The translations under genes and the position numbers were made by a program. DNA of 37,490 bases from an uncultured Anaerolineae bacterium (GTDB lineage Bacteria > Chloroflexota > Anaerolineae > Aggregatilineales > UBA3940), in NCBI GenBank assembly GCA_964637665.1, contig CAZWUX010000001.1, positions 1 through 37,490 of the forward strand, given 5' to 3'. Positions 35,909 through 37,490 of this stretch are shown piece after piece (within the stretch, counting starts at the first letter, position 1; each line of letters starts with the position of its first letter). Below the pieces are notes generated by a model. It was not told the DNA's origin and did not search any database. It saw only the letters and a list, made by a program, of their open reading frames with translations.

Positions 35909-37490
35909 ATGATCGACCTGCTGATCGACCTCACGCTGGCCGCGCTGATGTTCCTCGCCATTTACGGCGCGGGGCGCGCGCTGCGTCGGCTGATTCCGCT
36001 GACCTTCTGGGGCCGATCCGCCGAGATGGCCGCCAGCTTCGCCTGTGGATTGGGCGCGGCGGCAATGGTATTATTCGCCCTCGGTCTGGTCGGGTGGCTG
36101 GTTCCCGCCGCCGGGTGGGCGCTGCTGGCGGTTGGGCTGGCGCTGGCCGGGATCGAGCATCGCACGCTGTGGGCCGATCTGCGCGCGCTCGCGTCGGCGG
36201 CGGATCGCCTGCGCCGGGCGTCGCGCTTCGTGCAGGCCGCCGCCGGGATCGCCCTCGCCTTCGCGCTGCTCAACCTCATCGCCGACCTCGCCCCGCCCAT
36301 CGAGGGCGACACCGTGCACCAGTATCTCCTGCTGCCGCGCTACTGGGTCGCGGCGGGGCGCTACGTGCAGCCCACCCACATCTGGGCGGCGACGCTGCCC
36401 GGCAACATGATGATGATCTCGGCGTGGGCGCTGCTGCTGCGGAACAGCTACCCGCTCGCGACACTGATCACCGGCTGGTGGACGAGCCTCGCGCTCGCGC
36501 TGGCCGTCTACGCGCTGGCCCGGCTCGCGTTCGAGCGGAAGGCGGCGGCCTTCGCCGCGCTCGCCATCTTCACGATGCCCGACGCGGCCTATCTCGCGCA
36601 GTCCGCCAAAGTCGACCCCGGCTGGGCGGTGTTCGAGGTACTGGCGCTGGCCGGATTCCTGCGCTGGCTCGGCCTGCCTGACTCGCAAAACGAGGCGGAC
36701 GGCGCTTCTCCGCATCGCTGGCTGGTGTTCGCCGGGCTGATGCTCGGTCTGGCCGCCGGTTCCAAGAACCAGACCGTGATCAGCATCGGCTTACTGGGCG
36801 GCTGGATCGCGCTGCGAGGTCTGGCCCGGCGTGAGTGGATCCCCACCCTCCGGGCCCTGCTCGTGTTCGCGGGCGCGGTGCTGATCACGGCGTTCCCCTA
36901 CTATCTGTACAACGCCGTCGTCCACCACAGCCCGTTTTACCCGGTGTTCGCCGACCTGTTCCAGGCGCTTTTCGGTGGGACGCCCTCCCCGCGCAGCGAG
37001 CTTGGCACGGAGATTTTTTACCCCTGGACGGCGGGAGGCTACCTGCGCAACCTGTGGAACGCCTCGCTGGGCCACACCGTCGACGGGTTTTATCTGGGCA
37101 TGATCGCCGGGCCGGTGTTTTTGCTCGCCATCCCCGCCGGGTGGATGCTGGGCGCGTACCGGGGGCGGCGCGCCGTCCGCCCGATGCTGATCTACGCCTT
37201 CGTCTTTTCGGTCGTGTGGTTCCTCGTCAAGCAGGCCGCGCGCCACTTCCTGCCGGGGCTGGCCCTGCTGGCCGCCGCAGCCGGTCTGGCGCTGGCTTTC
37301 CTCGACGGGCGAAAATCCCCCCTGATGGCGATCACGAAGGGCCTGATCCTCGCCGCGCTGGCGTGGAATCTCGCCATCATCGCCGGGGTGCTCTACTGGA
37401 GCGGCGCGCCGCGCGGCGGCGGGGGGGGGGGGAGGCCCCCCCCGTTGTTTGCGCGCTATCAACAACCCCTGCGTGCGCCCCCCCACCACC
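35909..37490 (+). CDS. Polytopic GT-C-like (GT39/ArnT-type) membrane protein, 3'-truncated; absent from the ORF track
   Basis: Manual translation from ATG 35909: MIDLLIDLTLAALMFLAIYGAG...APPIEGDTVHQYLLLPRYW...SAKVD...GLMLGLAAGSKNQ; no stop seen before the window end. Confidence 0.8.
   Translation, partial: MIDLLIDLTLAALMFLAIYGAGRALRRLIPLTFWGRSAEMAASFACGLGAAAMVLFALGLVGWLVPAAGWALLAVGLALAGIEHRTLWADLRALASAADRLRRASRFVQAAAGIALAFALLNLIADLAPPIEGDTVHQYLLLPRYWVAAGRYVQPTHIWAATLPGNMMMISAWALLLRNSYPLATLITGWWTSLALALAVYALARLAFERKAAAFAALAIFTMPDAAYLAQSAKVDPGWAVFEVLALAGFLRWLGLPDSQNEADGASPHRWLVFAGLMLGLAAGSKNQTVISIGLLGGWIALRGLARREWIPTLRALLVFAGAVLITAFPYYLYNAVVHHSPFYPVFADLFQALFGGTPSPRSELGTEIFYPWTAGGYLRNLWNASLGHTVDGFYLGMIAGPVFLLAIPAGWMLGAYRGRRAVRPMLIYAFVFSVVWFLVKQAARHFLPGLALLAAAAGLALAFLDGRKSPLMAITKGLILAALAWNLAIIAGVLYWSGAPRGGGGGGRPPPLFARYQQPLRAPPHH

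Noticed and set aside
37405-37490. Poly-G/poly-C low-complexity stretch (G-quadruplex or phase-variable tract)
   Set aside because: It sits at the extreme sequence end where codon pattern collapses; most likely a low-quality contig tail.

Overview
High-GC bacterial chromosomal segment, most consistent with Chloroflexota/Anaerolineae (inferred from gene content: extended CoaE, translin-family gene, TGH/FG-P repeat protein, membrane-anchored Cas4-like pair). About 35 CDSs and two tRNA genes (Val-CAC, Gly-CCC) are present. Housekeeping genes: dnaA, hom, coaE, ssb, rnz. Regulators: GAF histidine kinase, LysR, Rrf2, FHA-wHTH. Also a nitrilase/aminotransferase/FAD-Fe-S dehydrogenase operon and the start of a GT-C/GT4 glycosylation cluster. 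There is no CRISPR array, integrase or transposase. The most unusual item is a minus-strand run at 25.9-28.0 kb: a translin/C3PO-like nuclease coupled to a split, membrane-anchored, apparently catalytically dead Cas4-like pair that keeps all four Fe-S cysteines across two polypeptides, followed by an FHA/winged-helix regulator. Other points: an atypical dnaA with no dnaN or DnaA boxes, two multi-hairpin REP/IS200-IS605-like elements, a perfect LexA-type box in front of a metabolic operon, structured leaders before ssb and a YghO-like GNAT, and a one-base frameshift in a PPOX-family gene. All family assignments come from motif recognition by eye; no database search was run.
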